DNA from: Chryseolinea sp.
GTDB lineage: Bacteria > Bacteroidota > Bacteroidia > Cytophagales > Cyclobacteriaceae
Reading direction: 5' to 3'
Length of the DNA: 64,000 nucleotides
Assembly: GCA_025923195.1 (NCBI GenBank)
Contig: JAICGJ010000004.1
Location: 12,610 to 76,609 of the forward strand
Shown here: positions 37,308-46,801 of the stretch, in pieces
Position numbering within the stretch: position 1 is the first letter of the stretch
Layout of the letters: every line of letters starts with the position of its first letter
Notes under the pieces: generated by a model
Told to the model about the DNA's origin: nothing
What the model saw: the letters and a program-made list of their open reading frames with translations, nothing else
The model's database searches: none
Made by a program: the position numbers and the translations under genes

Positions 37308-39184
37308 AGCAGTAGCCCCAAGGTTAAGATCAGGATTGCACCTATTACCATGCTCATAATATACCAGCGGAGAATTCCTCCCTGTGAACGGGCAAATATT
37401 CTGTGCAGAAGTTCCGTTGTATAAACGATTAGCGAATAAAATTTGTCAACTATGTCGTTCTTGTTAACTGTCGCAAGAAAAACATATGGCTTCACAAGTA
37501 CGCTGTCATACAGATTATCAAATCCCCAACCCATAAACCAAAAACGATGAAGACCGGCCAAAGAGCTTTTCAGCTGAGATGCCTGTTCAGGCTTTCGGAC
37601 ATAATAATGATAAGCGATGAAAATACCCACTAGTGACAGCACCATCGTGATGCCCTGGATGGTCCATTCCATCCCTGTTGTAGCACTCGGATCAACTGCA
37701 ACGGCTGGTAATACGGGCTTCAGAAAGTCTGAGAACAATTCAAGATGCCCAAGTGTGTGAGGAAGCTCAATAAATCCTCCTACCAGGGAGAGTACTGCCA
37801 GGATAACCAACGGTATAGTTATTCGCGCACCTGTGTGATGTCCTACGGCGGTTTTGGCTTCCCCAAAGAAAGTGACGAAGACCATTCTGAAGGTGTATAT
37901 TGACGTGACAAACGCACCAGTCAATCCAGCAAGGAAAAACCATATATTTCCTTTTTCTCCGGCAAATGAAAGCCAGAGGATACTGTCCTTACTGTAGAAG
38001 CCGGCTGTGATGAAGGGTAGGGCGGCTAATGACGCAGACCCAATCAGGAATGTCCAATAGATCACGGGAAGTTTATTTCTTAGTCCTCCCATTTTAAACA
38101 TGTCGTGCTCATGGTGTAAGACCATAATTACCGCGCCCGCGCCAAGGAATAATAATGCTTTGAAAAATGCGTGGATCATAAAATGAAAAATAGCGGCCGA
38201 CCAGGCGCCAACTCCTAGGGCAAGGAACATATATCCTATCTGGCTAATGGTGGAATACGCCAGCACACGCTTCAAGTCAAACTGTGTAAGGGCGCTAAAC
38301 CCTGCGATCAGCAACGTGAGGGCGCCGATTATTCCAACACATAGCTGTGCCGTAGGCGAGAGCTCAAAGATGACGTGCATACGTGCGATCAGATAAACAC
38401 CGGCGGTAACCATTGTGGCAGCATGGATCAATGCGCTGACTGGTGACGGACCAGCCATAGCATCGGGCAGCCATGTCTGTAAAGGAAGTTGAGCAGATTT
38501 TCCAACAGCACCACCTAAAAGCAGCAGGGCAACAACCATAGCAGTTTGCGAACCGACAGACCAAAGCTGAGGGGCTTGTTCTAAAATGTCATTGATGATT
38601 AATGTGCCGAAGATATCAAAGAGCATGAATAATCCGATTGCCATGGCCGTATCGCCAACACGTGTTACAATAAACGCCTTTCGTGCTGCGTCACCATTTT
38701 TCTTCTCTTCATACCAAAAACCGATCAGCAGATAGCTGCATAGACCCACACCCTCCCATCCGAGATACATCAACACCAGATTATCAGCCAGTACTAAAAT
38801 CAACATGGATGCAACAAAGAGGTTCAGATAAGCAAAAAATCTGGCGAAGCCCTCGTCTTCCGCCATGAACTCGGTTGAATACACGTGTATCAAGAATCCT
38901 ACGAAGGTGATGACAAAAATAAAAACCAGCGAAAGTGAATCCAGGTGAAACCCAAAAGCAGGGCTCAATCCCGCAACATCAATCCATTGCCATAGCACCT
39001 GTCTGAACGGCCCGGCCGCGGGAGCATAATTCAAACCTATCAGGATAACCAGCAGCGCTGACAACCCAACACTGCCCGCGCCAACAAAAGACGCTGCTAT
39101 ACGTGAGAGTTTTGTCCCAAGGATTATCAGAATGATTGCACCCAGGAAGGGGAGAGCAGGCACTATCCAGAGTAGTTCTGTCAT
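37304..39184 (-). CDS. nuoL: NADH-quinone oxidoreductase subunit L
   Basis: 626 aa (..LPLQTWLPDAMAGPSPVSALIHAATMVTAGVY..), with the position expected for nuoL. Confidence 0.92.
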   Translation of the reverse strand: MTELLWIVPALPFLGAIILIILGTKLSRIAASFVGAGSVGLSALLVILIGLNYAPAAGPFRQVLWQWIDVAGLSPAFGFHLDSLSLVFIFVITFVGFLIHVYSTEFMAEDEGFARFFAYLNLFVASMLILVLADNLVLMYLGWEGVGLCSYLLIGFWYEEKKNGDAARKAFIVTRVGDTAMAIGLFMLFDIFGTLIINDILEQAPQLWSVGSQTAMVVALLLLGGAVGKSAQLPLQTWLPDAMAGPSPVSALIHAATMVTAGVYLIARMHVIFELSPTAQLCVGIIGALTLLIAGFSALTQFDLKRVLAYSTISQIGYMFLALGVGAWSAAIFHFMIHAFFKALLFLGAGAVIMVLHHEHDMFKMGGLRNKLPVIYWTFLIGSASLAALPFITAGFYSKDSILWLSFAGEKGNIWFFLAGLTGAFVTSIYTFRMVFVTFFGEAKTAVGHHTGARITIPLVILAVLSLVGGFIELPHTLGHLELFSDFLKPVLPAVAVDPSATTGMEWTIQGITMVLSLVGIFIAYHYYVRKPEQASQLKSSLAGLHRFWFMGWGFDNLYDSVLVKPYVFLATVNKNDIVDKFYSLIVYTTELLHRIFARSQGGILRWYIMSMVIGAILILTLGLLL

Positions 39185-39392
39185 GGTTGTTTCTGTTATC
39201 CGTTATCCGTTATCCGTTATCCGTTAATAGTTATCCGTTATCCGTTACTAGTCAATAGTTAATAGTTAATAGTTAATAGTTTTTAGTTTTTATTGGTGGC
39301 TCATCAATTTAGCAATCAGCTGCAGACCGTTGAGCAGCACCACACCCTCGCTCACCCCCACTTTTATCGGATAACGGATAACTGATAACGGA
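39185..39392. repeat. nuoK-nuoL spacer element: 14 phase-locked heptamers, a core, a C-rich box and an inverted heptamer arm
   Basis: 39196-39293 reads TTATCCG x4, TTAATAG, TTATCCG x2, TTACTAG, TCAATAG, TTAATAG x3, TTTTTAG, TTTTTAT with no phase break. CACCACACCCTCGCTCACCCCCAC lies at 39339-39362. GGATAAC GGATAAC TGATAAC GGAT at 39369-39393 is the reverse complement of the left arm. Confidence 0.9.
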
Positions 39393-39701
39393 TCATCCCT
39401 TCATCTTATTCGCCGCATCACTATCCAGTGTTTTGAGCTGGTGATAGATCTGCAGGATCAACGCAAGCCCTACAGAGACTTCTGCTGCGGCCATGGTTAG
39501 TATGAAGATGAACATTACCTGTCCGTCTGCCTGTGACCACTTTGCGCCCGCTACCACAAAAGCAAGGCCCGCTGCGTTCAGCATGATCTCCACGGAAATC
39601 AGCATAAAAATAATATTGCGCCTGATCAGTACGCTGATAAGACCCAGCGTAAAAAGAACGCCTGCCAATATTAGTCCCGCTTCCGTAGGTACCTGGTCCA
39701 T
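39393..39701 (-). CDS. nuoK: NADH-quinone oxidoreductase subunit K
   Basis: 102 aa, 3 TM (..[30 protein letters not shown]..). Confidence 0.92.
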   Translation of the reverse strand: MDQVPTEAGLILAGVLFTLGLISVLIRRNIIFMLISVEIMLNAAGLAFVVAGAKWSQADGQVMFIFILTMAAAEVSVGLALILQIYHQLKTLDSDAANKMKG

Positions 39702-39924
39702 GGGTTATCCGTTATCCGTTATCCGTTAATAGTTGATAGTTAATAGTTAATAGTTATTAGTTATCCGTAAATAGTTAAGCTTTATACCTAATACATAATA
39801 CCTTATTCCCTTATTCCTTATTCCTTACTCCATTATAACTTCAGCAGCGCCTGTTCATCTGCGCCACACTCACCCCACACTCACCCCCACACCCACGATT
39901 AACGATTAACGATTAACTATTAAA
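39702..39924. repeat. nuoJ-nuoK spacer element: 11 phase-locked heptamers, CCTTATT x4, a core, a C-rich box and GATTAAC x3
   Basis: 39705-39781 reads TTATCCG x3, TTAATAG, TTGATAG, TTAATAG x2, TTATTAG, TTATCCG, TAAATAG, TTAAGCT. CCTTATT-type units lie at 39801-39829. CCACACTCACCCCACACTCACCCCCACACCCAC lies at 39864-39896. GATTAAC x3 lies at 39897-39917. Confidence 0.9.
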
Positions 39925-40452
39925 CTAACTAGCTTCTTCCTCCAAAAACCTGTGAACAATTTTCTTCTTTTGTCGTCCCAAGTGATATGCGCCAACGATC
40001 CCTGCCATTAGTAATATTCCACTCAGTTCCACACCTATAACGTAAGGTCCGTAGAGTGACATCCCTACAGCTTTGGAGTCAACAATCTGCGCGTCCGATG
40101 GGGCAACTTGTGCTCCCACAATAATGTAAATCAGCTCTGCCAGCAGCACTAGCGACAGCAATGCTGGTCCGGTGATGATCCCGCGACTTAACCATTGCCG
40201 CTCCTGCGCGACTGCCTCCTCTTTGAGGTTCAGCATCATAATAACAAAAATGATCAGCACGACAATAGCACCAGCATAGATGATCACCTCGAGCGCCGCG
40301 ACAAAAGGTGCTCCTAAAAGATAAAAAACGACCGCTACTGCCAAGAATGAAACTACTAAATATAGCAGGGCATGAATCAGGTTATGATTCGTTATTACCA
40401 TCACTGTTGCAATGACCGCAATGGCCGATGTTATGTAGAAGGCGAGTTGCAT
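39925..40452 (-). CDS. nuoJ: NADH-quinone oxidoreductase subunit J
   Basis: 175 aa, 5 TM (..VVFYLLGAPFVAALEVIIYAGAIVVLIIFVIMML..). Confidence 0.9.
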   Translation of the reverse strand: MQLAFYITSAIAVIATVMVITNHNLIHALLYLVVSFLAVAVVFYLLGAPFVAALEVIIYAGAIVVLIIFVIMMLNLKEEAVAQERQWLSRGIITGPALLSLVLLAELIYIIVGAQVAPSDAQIVDSKAVGMSLYGPYVIGVELSGILLMAGIVGAYHLGRQKKKIVHRFLEEEAS

Positions 40453-40623
40453 TATCTGTTATCTGTTATCTGTTATCTGTTATCCGTTAATAGTTTATAG
40501 TTTATAGTTTATAGTTTTTAGTTTTTAGTTTTTAGTTTTTAGTTTTTAGTTTCTAGTTTTCCCCACTCACACACCCACGTATAACTGATAACGTATAACT
40601 GATAACTGATAACGGATAACTCC
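40453..40623. repeat. nuoI-nuoJ spacer element: 16 phase-locked heptamers, a C-rich box and 6 inverted heptamers
   Basis: 40452-40563 reads TTATCTG x4, TTATCCG, TTAATAG, TTTATAG x3, TTTTTAG x5, TTTCTAG, TTTTCCC in one 7-nt phase. CCCCACTCACACACCCAC lies at 40561-40578. GTATAAC TGATAAC GTATAAC TGATAAC TGATAAC GGATAAC lies at 40579-40620. Confidence 0.92.
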
Positions 40624-41148
40624 CTAAGGCAAGAGACTGCGAACATCCACCGGAGGATCTTCATTCTGTGCTTCTCCTTTATCTTTTCCTCCGATCGCCA
40701 ATCCAGCAACTTTATAATAGTTGTAACCTGGATATTTCCCCTGTCCGTCAATAAGCAGATCCTTTTTTTCGTATACCAGGTTCTGACGATCATATTCGCC
40801 CATCTCAAAATCAGGTATCAGTTGAATGGCATACGTCGGACATGCTTCCTCGCAATAGCCGCAGAAAATACACCGTGAAAAATTAATTCGAAAGAACTCA
40901 GGATACCTCCTGCCATGTTCGTCTTCAGTTGCCTGCAGCGAAATACAATCTACCGGACAGGCTGCAGCACAAAGGTAGCATCCAACACATCGTTCACCCA
41001 TATCCGGATCCCGCGTCAGGACAATTCTTCCCCGCCAACGCGTCGTGAGCTTATTCTTTTGTTCGGGATACTGGACGGTTTCACGCTTATGAAACATGTG
41101 CATAAACGTGATCCACATACTGCGAATGATGCTAAACATATTTTCCAA
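40624..41148 (-). CDS. nuoI: NADH-quinone oxidoreductase subunit I (2x[4Fe-4S] ferredoxin)
   Basis: [12 protein letters not shown] and [12 protein letters not shown] motifs. Confidence 0.93.
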   Translation of the reverse strand: MENMFSIIRSMWITFMHMFHKRETVQYPEQKNKLTTRWRGRIVLTRDPDMGERCVGCYLCAAACPVDCISLQATEDEHGRRYPEFFRINFSRCIFCGYCEEACPTYAIQLIPDFEMGEYDRQNLVYEKKDLLIDGQGKYPGYNYYKVAGLAIGGKDKGEAQNEDPPVDVRSLLP

Positions 41149-41195
41149 TTTTTATAGTCCCAACTTCCGATCTTTCAATCTTCAAATTCAACCTT

Positions 41196-42158
41196 TCAGC
41201 CTTCTCGCATCAAAACTACACCTGCCGTTATCATCAAGTTGATCAATGTGAGCGGCAGGAGTATCTTCCAACCGAATTCCATCAGCTGATCATAACGCGG
41301 CCTCGGAAGTGACGCCCTTAGCAAAATAAATAGTGCTATAAAGGCAAACGTCTTCAATACAAACCATACCAAAGGCGGAAGAAAATCTGGTCCAAGCCAT
41401 CCGCCAAAAAACAGGCAAACCGTAAGGCTTGAAATCAACGTTATGCCTAGGTATTCCCCAACGAAAAACATCCCGAATTTCATTCCCGAGTATTCGGAGT
41501 GAAATCCAGCAACTAGTTCGCTTTCGGCTTCCGGAATATCAAAAGGAAGGCGATGAGTTTCCGCTATGCCCGCGATAAAGAATATCACGAAGCCAACGAA
41601 CTGCGGAATCACGAACCACATACCTCTTTGCGCTTCAATGATATCAACGAGGCTGAATGAGTTGGCCAACAATACCGTGCCCATCAGCGCTAGTCCCATG
41701 AAGACTTCGTACGATATCATTTGTGCTGCACCCCGCATAGCACCGAGCAATGAATATTTATTGTTGGAGGCCCATCCACCCAGGATAATGCTGTAGGCAC
41801 CCATTGAAGACATTGCCAAAAAGAAAAGTATTCCAATATTCAGATCCGTAACAATTATTCCCGGTGCAAAGGGAATGATCACAAAGCTGAAGAATACCGT
41901 AATCATCACGATGGCTGGAGCCATGACAAACACGACCTTATCAGCAAAAGGAGGAATCCAGTCTTCCTTAAAAAAAAGCTTTATGGTGTCAGCCAATACG
42001 ATGAGCACCCCAAAAGGACCGGCTCGGTTGGGGCCATAGCGGTCCTGCCACAGCGCTAACAGTCTTCTCTCTAGCCATATAAGACCGGGGGCCACTATGA
42101 GCAATCCGCCCAATACGCCACCGACGATAAGCAAATGATTTATTGTTGCTTCATCCAT
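41196..42158 (-). CDS. nuoH: NADH-quinone oxidoreductase subunit H
   Basis: 320 aa polytopic protein (..[15 protein letters not shown].., ..[29 protein letters not shown]..). Confidence 0.93.
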   Translation of the reverse strand: MDEATINHLLIVGGVLGGLLIVAPGLIWLERRLLALWQDRYGPNRAGPFGVLIVLADTIKLFFKEDWIPPFADKVVFVMAPAIVMITVFFSFVIIPFAPGIIVTDLNIGILFFLAMSSMGAYSIILGGWASNNKYSLLGAMRGAAQMISYEVFMGLALMGTVLLANSFSLVDIIEAQRGMWFVIPQFVGFVIFFIAGIAETHRLPFDIPEAESELVAGFHSEYSGMKFGMFFVGEYLGITLISSLTVCLFFGGWLGPDFLPPLVWFVLKTFAFIALFILLRASLPRPRYDQLMEFGWKILLPLTLINLMITAGVVLMREG

Positions 42159-44848
42159 TTCATTTCCTTATTAAGAATACCCCATGCCGGCAATTCAACA
42201 AATGGAAGACCCGGTAGCCCATATGGCAATCCCGCCATGCCTCTAGGCATTTCGCTACTTACTTTAACCGGTAATTGATAAGGTTGACCGCCTACCTCGA
42301 ATGATAGCTCCTCATTTTCATGAATTTTCAGATCAGCAGAATCGGCAGTGTTGACCATGACGTATGGTGCCGGACAACGCTCGCCCACGGCCGGAGACCG
42401 CGCGCTTAATTCTTCTGAACCAAAAATATGGTGCAGGGGTACAATCAGCAGGTGGTCCTCTTGTGATTCAAATATCGCGGGGTCTGACTTAAAATACTGA
42501 ATTTTCGAAGTCTGAACGGGTTCAAAACACCGTATGCCTGGATCCCCGTCGCGCAACGGTCCGCCTACTTCCTGTTGATATTTGTTGATGGATTGTACAG
42601 AATTCCAACCAGGAGCCCAGAAGAAAGGAATCATGGAAGATGGTGGTAGCCCGCGGAACCCCTCCATTGTATACGACAAAGGTGAATCAGAATCTACAGG
42701 AGGCTTGGGTTCACTCACATTTATGTTTGCCAACATCGCAGTGCGACCGCTAAAACGATGTGTCTCTCGCGGAACCCGTTGTCCATTTATTCTGAATCCC
42801 GCGGGAGGGCTTACTTTGTCTATATTCTTCAAAAACGGTTCTTCCTTGGCAATAGCCTGGGTGATATCTTCAAAACTTTTCCAATGTGACATTTCATCAA
42901 CTCCCAAGGCCGTACCCAACCCCAGCAGCCATCGCCAACTTTCCTGTATGTTCTCGGTTGCCTCATACACCTGGAAGAATCGTTGAATACGTCCTTCATT
43001 GTTTACGAGCGTTCCATCGGATTCTGCGAACGTTCCAGAGGGTATTAAGATATTCGCTTTTTCAGTCGTGGGATTTGGAGAATGATCGAGGACAATAATA
43101 TTCTTGCAGACTTTCAAAAATTCATCAACTATAGATTTTTTACCATGCCGGTACAAATCATTCTCCATGATAATGGCTGTATCGGCGTGACCATTCAGTA
43201 CGGCGTTAAATGCAGCTTCCAATCTATGACCGCCCATCATTGCAAGTCCCAATGAGTTGCATTCAGGGAGAGTAAGTACAATCCCGGCTTGCTGGTTTTT
43301 GCGATGCAACGCCCACGCTATGTTGGCTGCAGCTTCGAGCACGTGATCCGTCTCACACGACGCACCTGAAATAATTACGGGACGTTTTGCCATGGACAAA
43401 ATGCTGGCAATCTTCTGTGCCAGTTTGCTTTCTTCCGGCGAGAGACTTGCCTCTTCAGGACTGTCATCGTCCAGCAGGTGAGCCACGGCAAATCCAAGGC
43501 GCGCAATTTCGTCTGGTGACGAGTGGAAGGTTTCCGTCGCTACATCATCAAGTTTTGTCGTGTGAACAGACGCAATAAAAAGCGGACCTTTTTGCTCCTG
43601 AACCAATTCCCGCACCGCGCCATCATGCCAAGCAGGAATGTTGATATGAGCCAGCTGCTCCATGGGTTGTCGGCGAACGCTTTGCCTTACAGCAAGCGCC
43701 ATCATGGGTGCTGTGTTGGTAAGGTCCTCACCTAAAATAAAAACGGCATCAGCAAGTTCGACTTCTTTCATCGAAAGAGTGGGGGCAGGGCCCTCGTGAA
43801 GTATTTTTATGACAAGGTTGGCAAGGTCGTGCTCATTATCTGAAACACCATGGTAAAAATTGTTTTTACCGACAAGCATTTTTAGTGCAAAGTTTGATTG
43901 AACTGAAGCTCTGGGCGAACCGATCCCAATAACCTTCGATGATCCTATCAAGTGTTTCATCCTTTCCGTTACTTCCTCTTTCCTTACCACTTCCGTATCG
44001 CACACAGCTTTGCGTATTCTGCCAGGGGCATTTACAAACTCGTATCCAAAACGACCTCGGTCGCAAATAAAGTAACCATTTACCGCTCCATTATACCTGC
44101 TGGTGATTGAACGCAATTCCCCATAGCGCTCTCCGGCGATGATATTACACCCAAGGCTGCAATGCTGACAAACAGAAGGCGCCGTGGTGAGGTCCCATTT
44201 ACGCGTATAGTGTTGCTTTAATGTCTTGTCGGTAAACACACCGGTGGGACAAACTTCGGTGAGATTTCCGCTGAATTCGCTTTCCAATACGCCGTCTTCA
44301 TGCCTCCCAAAATAAACATTGCTGCGGGAGGCGAACACATCCAGATCCTTTCCGCCAGCATAGTCTTTATAAAACCTGACACAACGGTAACACTGGATGC
44401 AACGGTTCATTTCATGATTGATGAAAGGGCCAAGGTATTGATTTTTGTGCGTCCTTTTTTTGAAATTGAAGCGTCTGTAGGCGTGACCTGTCATCACGGT
44501 CATGTCCTGGAGGTGGCATGAGCCGCCTTCGTCACACACCGCGCAGTCATGAGGGTGATTGGTCATCAGCCATTCAATCACATGCTCACGAAACTCCCTT
44601 GCTTCTGCATCCTGTATTGAAATGCGCTGATTGTTTGCTACGGGTTCCATACAAGACATGATCAGCCTTCCCTTTTTATCGTCTTCATCTCTGTACATCT
44701 TAACTGCACATTGGCGGCATGCGCCCACAGATCCTAACGATGGATGCCAGCAGAAATATGGCAGGTCAAAACCCAGGGTCAGACACGTCTCCAGAAGATT
44801 TTTTCCGGCTTTCACGTCATAGGGTTTGTTGTCGATGTAGAGCGTCAT
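42140..44848 (-). CDS. nuoG: NADH-quinone oxidoreductase subunit G (long, about 900 aa, E. coli-like form)
   Basis: N-terminal 2Fe-2S and 4Fe-4S Cys motifs ([17 protein letters not shown]; [18 protein letters not shown]; [10 protein letters not shown]) plus a molybdopterin-oxidoreductase-like C-terminal region. Confidence 0.93.
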   Translation of the reverse strand: MTLYIDNKPYDVKAGKNLLETCLTLGFDLPYFCWHPSLGSVGACRQCAVKMYRDEDDKKGRLIMSCMEPVANNQRISIQDAEAREFREHVIEWLMTNHPHDCAVCDEGGSCHLQDMTVMTGHAYRRFNFKKRTHKNQYLGPFINHEMNRCIQCYRCVRFYKDYAGGKDLDVFASRSNVYFGRHEDGVLESEFSGNLTEVCPTGVFTDKTLKQHYTRKWDLTTAPSVCQHCSLGCNIIAGERYGELRSITSRYNGAVNGYFICDRGRFGYEFVNAPGRIRKAVCDTEVVRKEEVTERMKHLIGSSKVIGIGSPRASVQSNFALKMLVGKNNFYHGVSDNEHDLANLVIKILHEGPAPTLSMKEVELADAVFILGEDLTNTAPMMALAVRQSVRRQPMEQLAHINIPAWHDGAVRELVQEQKGPLFIASVHTTKLDDVATETFHSSPDEIARLGFAVAHLLDDDSPEEASLSPEESKLAQKIASILSMAKRPVIISGASCETDHVLEAAANIAWALHRKNQQAGIVLTLPECNSLGLAMMGGHRLEAAFNAVLNGHADTAIIMENDLYRHGKKSIVDEFLKVCKNIIVLDHSPNPTTEKANILIPSGTFAESDGTLVNNEGRIQRFFQVYEATENIQESWRWLLGLGTALGVDEMSHWKSFEDITQAIAKEEPFLKNIDKVSPPAGFRINGQRVPRETHRFSGRTAMLANINVSEPKPPVDSDSPLSYTMEGFRGLPPSSMIPFFWAPGWNSVQSINKYQQEVGGPLRDGDPGIRCFEPVQTSKIQYFKSDPAIFESQEDHLLIVPLHHIFGSEELSARSPAVGERCPAPYVMVNTADSADLKIHENEELSFEVGGQPYQLPVKVSSEMPRGMAGLPYGLPGLPFVELPAWGILNKEMKWMKQQ

Positions 44849-44930
44849 GGGTCAGTAATCAGTAGTCAGTTAAGTGCTTAGTAGTTAATAGTTATTAGTT
44901 ATTAGTTAACACGTATGTCCGTTCTCGCGA
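44849..44930. repeat. nuoF-nuoG spacer: about 8 heptamers (TCAGTAA/ATTAGTT type) plus a 9-bp hairpin straddling the nuoF stop codon
   Basis: 44852-44907 reads TCAGTAA TCAGTAG TCAGTTA AGTGCTT AGTAGTT AATAGTT ATTAGTT ATTAGTT. TCCGTTCTC (44918-26) pairs with GAGAACGGA (44937-45). A GGATAAC unit at 44943-49 lies inside the nuoF 3' codons. Confidence 0.8.
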
Positions 44931-46223
44931 TTACCGGAGAACGGATAACGTCTCTCTTTCATACGGACATACTTTCTCATGTATATGCTTTTCGAAATCC
45001 TCGCGAAAATATTTAAGTGCACTTTGCAAAGGTTCCATCGCGCCAGGTGCAAACGCACAAAATGTATTTCCCGGTCCTAAGTATTTGGTATGAAAAGCAA
45101 GCAACTGCAAGTCTTCCATTCTGCCCTTACCCAGGTCGATTGACTCCAGTATCTTTTCAACCCAAGGCAAACCCTCGCGGCAAGGGGTACAATATCCGCA
45201 AGACTCCTGTGCAAAAAAATGCTCCAGGTTTTTTACAAACCCAACCGGGCAAGTTTTATCATCCAAAATTACCAGCGTACCGGTTCCAAGACGACTGCCG
45301 GCAGCTGCTACCGAAGTGTAATCCAGTTTGACATCCAGGTGCTCTTCAACCAAAAAGTCCGTAGAGGCTCCGCCAGGCAATGCCCCTCTGAATCTCAGGC
45401 CATCCTGCATTCCACCCGCGTATTCTTCGATGAGTTCACGCATGGTTATACCCATTGGCAACTCCCAGGCTCCCGGTTTTTTTACCCTGCCACTGACACC
45501 ATATATTTTGGTGCCCGCGTCAGAAGTGCGGCTTAAATCTTTGAACCAGTCCGGGCCATTCATCAAAATATGTGGAAGGCAGCATAAAGTTTCAACATTG
45601 TTCACAATGGTGGGCCTTCCGAACAGGCCACTGATCTGAGGGAATGGAGGTTTAGCGCGCGGGGTTGCACGCTTACCTTCCAGTGAATTTAGAAGAGCTG
45701 TTTCTTCTCCACACATGTATCTTCCCGCGCCGGTGTGAAGATGCATCTCCAGATTAAATCCTGACCCGAGAATATTTTGCCCCAGATATCCTGCAGCTTT
45801 AGCCTCCTCAAGTGCCTTTGTTAGGGCATGTGCTGCTGTCTTATAAGCCCATCGCAAATAGATGTATGATATATTTGCCCCGATCGCATAGGAAGCAAGT
45901 ATCATCCCCTCAATCAGTTGATGTGGAGTACATTCCAGCAATATCCTGTCCTTGAATGTTCCAGGTTCCATTTCGTCGGCGTTGGCGATCAGGTATTTGG
46001 GTGTGGTGGAATCCGCGGGAACAAAACTCCATTTCAAACCTGTGTTAAATCCTGCACCGCCGCGCCCACGCAGGTTTGACTCTTTGACCAAGTCAATTAC
46101 CGCCTTTGGGGTCATCGCCTTGATCACTTTTCGCAATGACTGGTATCCCCCAGCCATCTCATATTCTTTGAGGGTAAGCGGTTGCCTGTCTGCGCGTATA
46201 TGTTGGGTTAGCGGTTTTTCCAT
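44931..46223 (-). CDS. nuoF: NADH-quinone oxidoreductase subunit F (FMN/NADH-binding)
   Basis: GRGGAGFNTGLKW FMN motif and 4Fe-4S motif ESCGYCTPCREG. Confidence 0.95.
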   Translation of the reverse strand: MEKPLTQHIRADRQPLTLKEYEMAGGYQSLRKVIKAMTPKAVIDLVKESNLRGRGGAGFNTGLKWSFVPADSTTPKYLIANADEMEPGTFKDRILLECTPHQLIEGMILASYAIGANISYIYLRWAYKTAAHALTKALEEAKAAGYLGQNILGSGFNLEMHLHTGAGRYMCGEETALLNSLEGKRATPRAKPPFPQISGLFGRPTIVNNVETLCCLPHILMNGPDWFKDLSRTSDAGTKIYGVSGRVKKPGAWELPMGITMRELIEEYAGGMQDGLRFRGALPGGASTDFLVEEHLDVKLDYTSVAAAGSRLGTGTLVILDDKTCPVGFVKNLEHFFAQESCGYCTPCREGLPWVEKILESIDLGKGRMEDLQLLAFHTKYLGPGNTFCAFAPGAMEPLQSALKYFREDFEKHIHEKVCPYERETLSVLR

Positions 46224-46314
46224 TTCTTAAATCGCATAGTCAATCAATATGCCATTCGATGGCAAGCCCATCACTATTGGTGACACAATTCCTTTTGACG
46301 GTTTACTATAGAGC

Positions 46315-46779
46315 TCAATCATACTTTGCCAAAATATAGTCCAGCTGGTCCGTTGTGAGATTTCTGTAGAGATCGTCATCGATCATCAGCGCCGGAGCGC
46401 AGTCGCAGGTCCCTAAGCAGCAATTAGGAAGTAAGGTATACCGCCCATCAGTCGTTGTTTCGCCATACTTTATTCCCAGCTTAGTGGAGAGGTCTTGCAA
46501 AATATTCTCGTACCCCATCACCCAACAACTAATGCTGTCACAAAGCAGGATGATGTGCCGTCCCACCGGTTTCCTGAAGATCAGGTTGTAAAATGTTGCA
46601 ACCGAGTCCAATTCCTCGGGTGACATATCCATATAGGCGGCGATATCGCGCAAGCTTTCGTCTGATATCCAGCGGCGATGCTCCTGAACAATTTTCAGAG
46701 CATCTATTCCAGCCGCCTTTCTCACAGGTACCAGACTTATGGCATGATCAATTTCATTTTTTTCTTCGGTCGTCAACAT
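46315..46779 (-). CDS. nuoE: NADH-quinone oxidoreductase subunit E (2Fe-2S)
   Basis: CDSISCWVMG ... CCLGTCDCAPALMIDD thioredoxin-like ferredoxin motifs. Confidence 0.93.
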   Translation of the reverse strand: MLTTEEKNEIDHAISLVPVRKAAGIDALKIVQEHRRWISDESLRDIAAYMDMSPEELDSVATFYNLIFRKPVGRHIILLCDSISCWVMGYENILQDLSTKLGIKYGETTTDGRYTLLPNCCLGTCDCAPALMIDDDLYRNLTTDQLDYILAKYD

Positions 46780-46801
46780 GTTGTTCTATTGTTTGATTCC
46801 A

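Noticed and set aside
39295-39350. Mini-ORF in the nuoK-L spacer core (minus strand ..VVLLNGLQLIAKLMSHQ*), possibly a gene remnant
   Set aside because: It has no start codon context. The related J-K core reads differently (..VAQMNRRC*), so the similarity is at nucleotide level rather than protein level. It is treated as non-coding.
39864-39896. G-quadruplex on the transcribed strand from the C-rich boxes
   Set aside because: The reverse complements contain only two or three runs of three or more Gs (for example GGG, GGGGG, GGGG, then GG). The canonical four-tract G4 requirement is not met in any of the three boxes.
39185-40623. Possible CRISPR array, given the highly regular short repeats
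   Set aside because: The repeat unit is only 7 nt. The units are contiguous with no unique spacers. No cas genes are present, and the arrays sit inside an operon between essential genes.
40539-40808. 89-aa ORF (minus strand) spanning the nuoI-J repeat spacer and the nuoI 3' end
   Set aside because: It overlaps nuoI out of frame. Its N-terminal half lies inside nuoI and its C-terminal part translates the spacer (C-rich box and heptamer repeats), so it is a spurious ORF.
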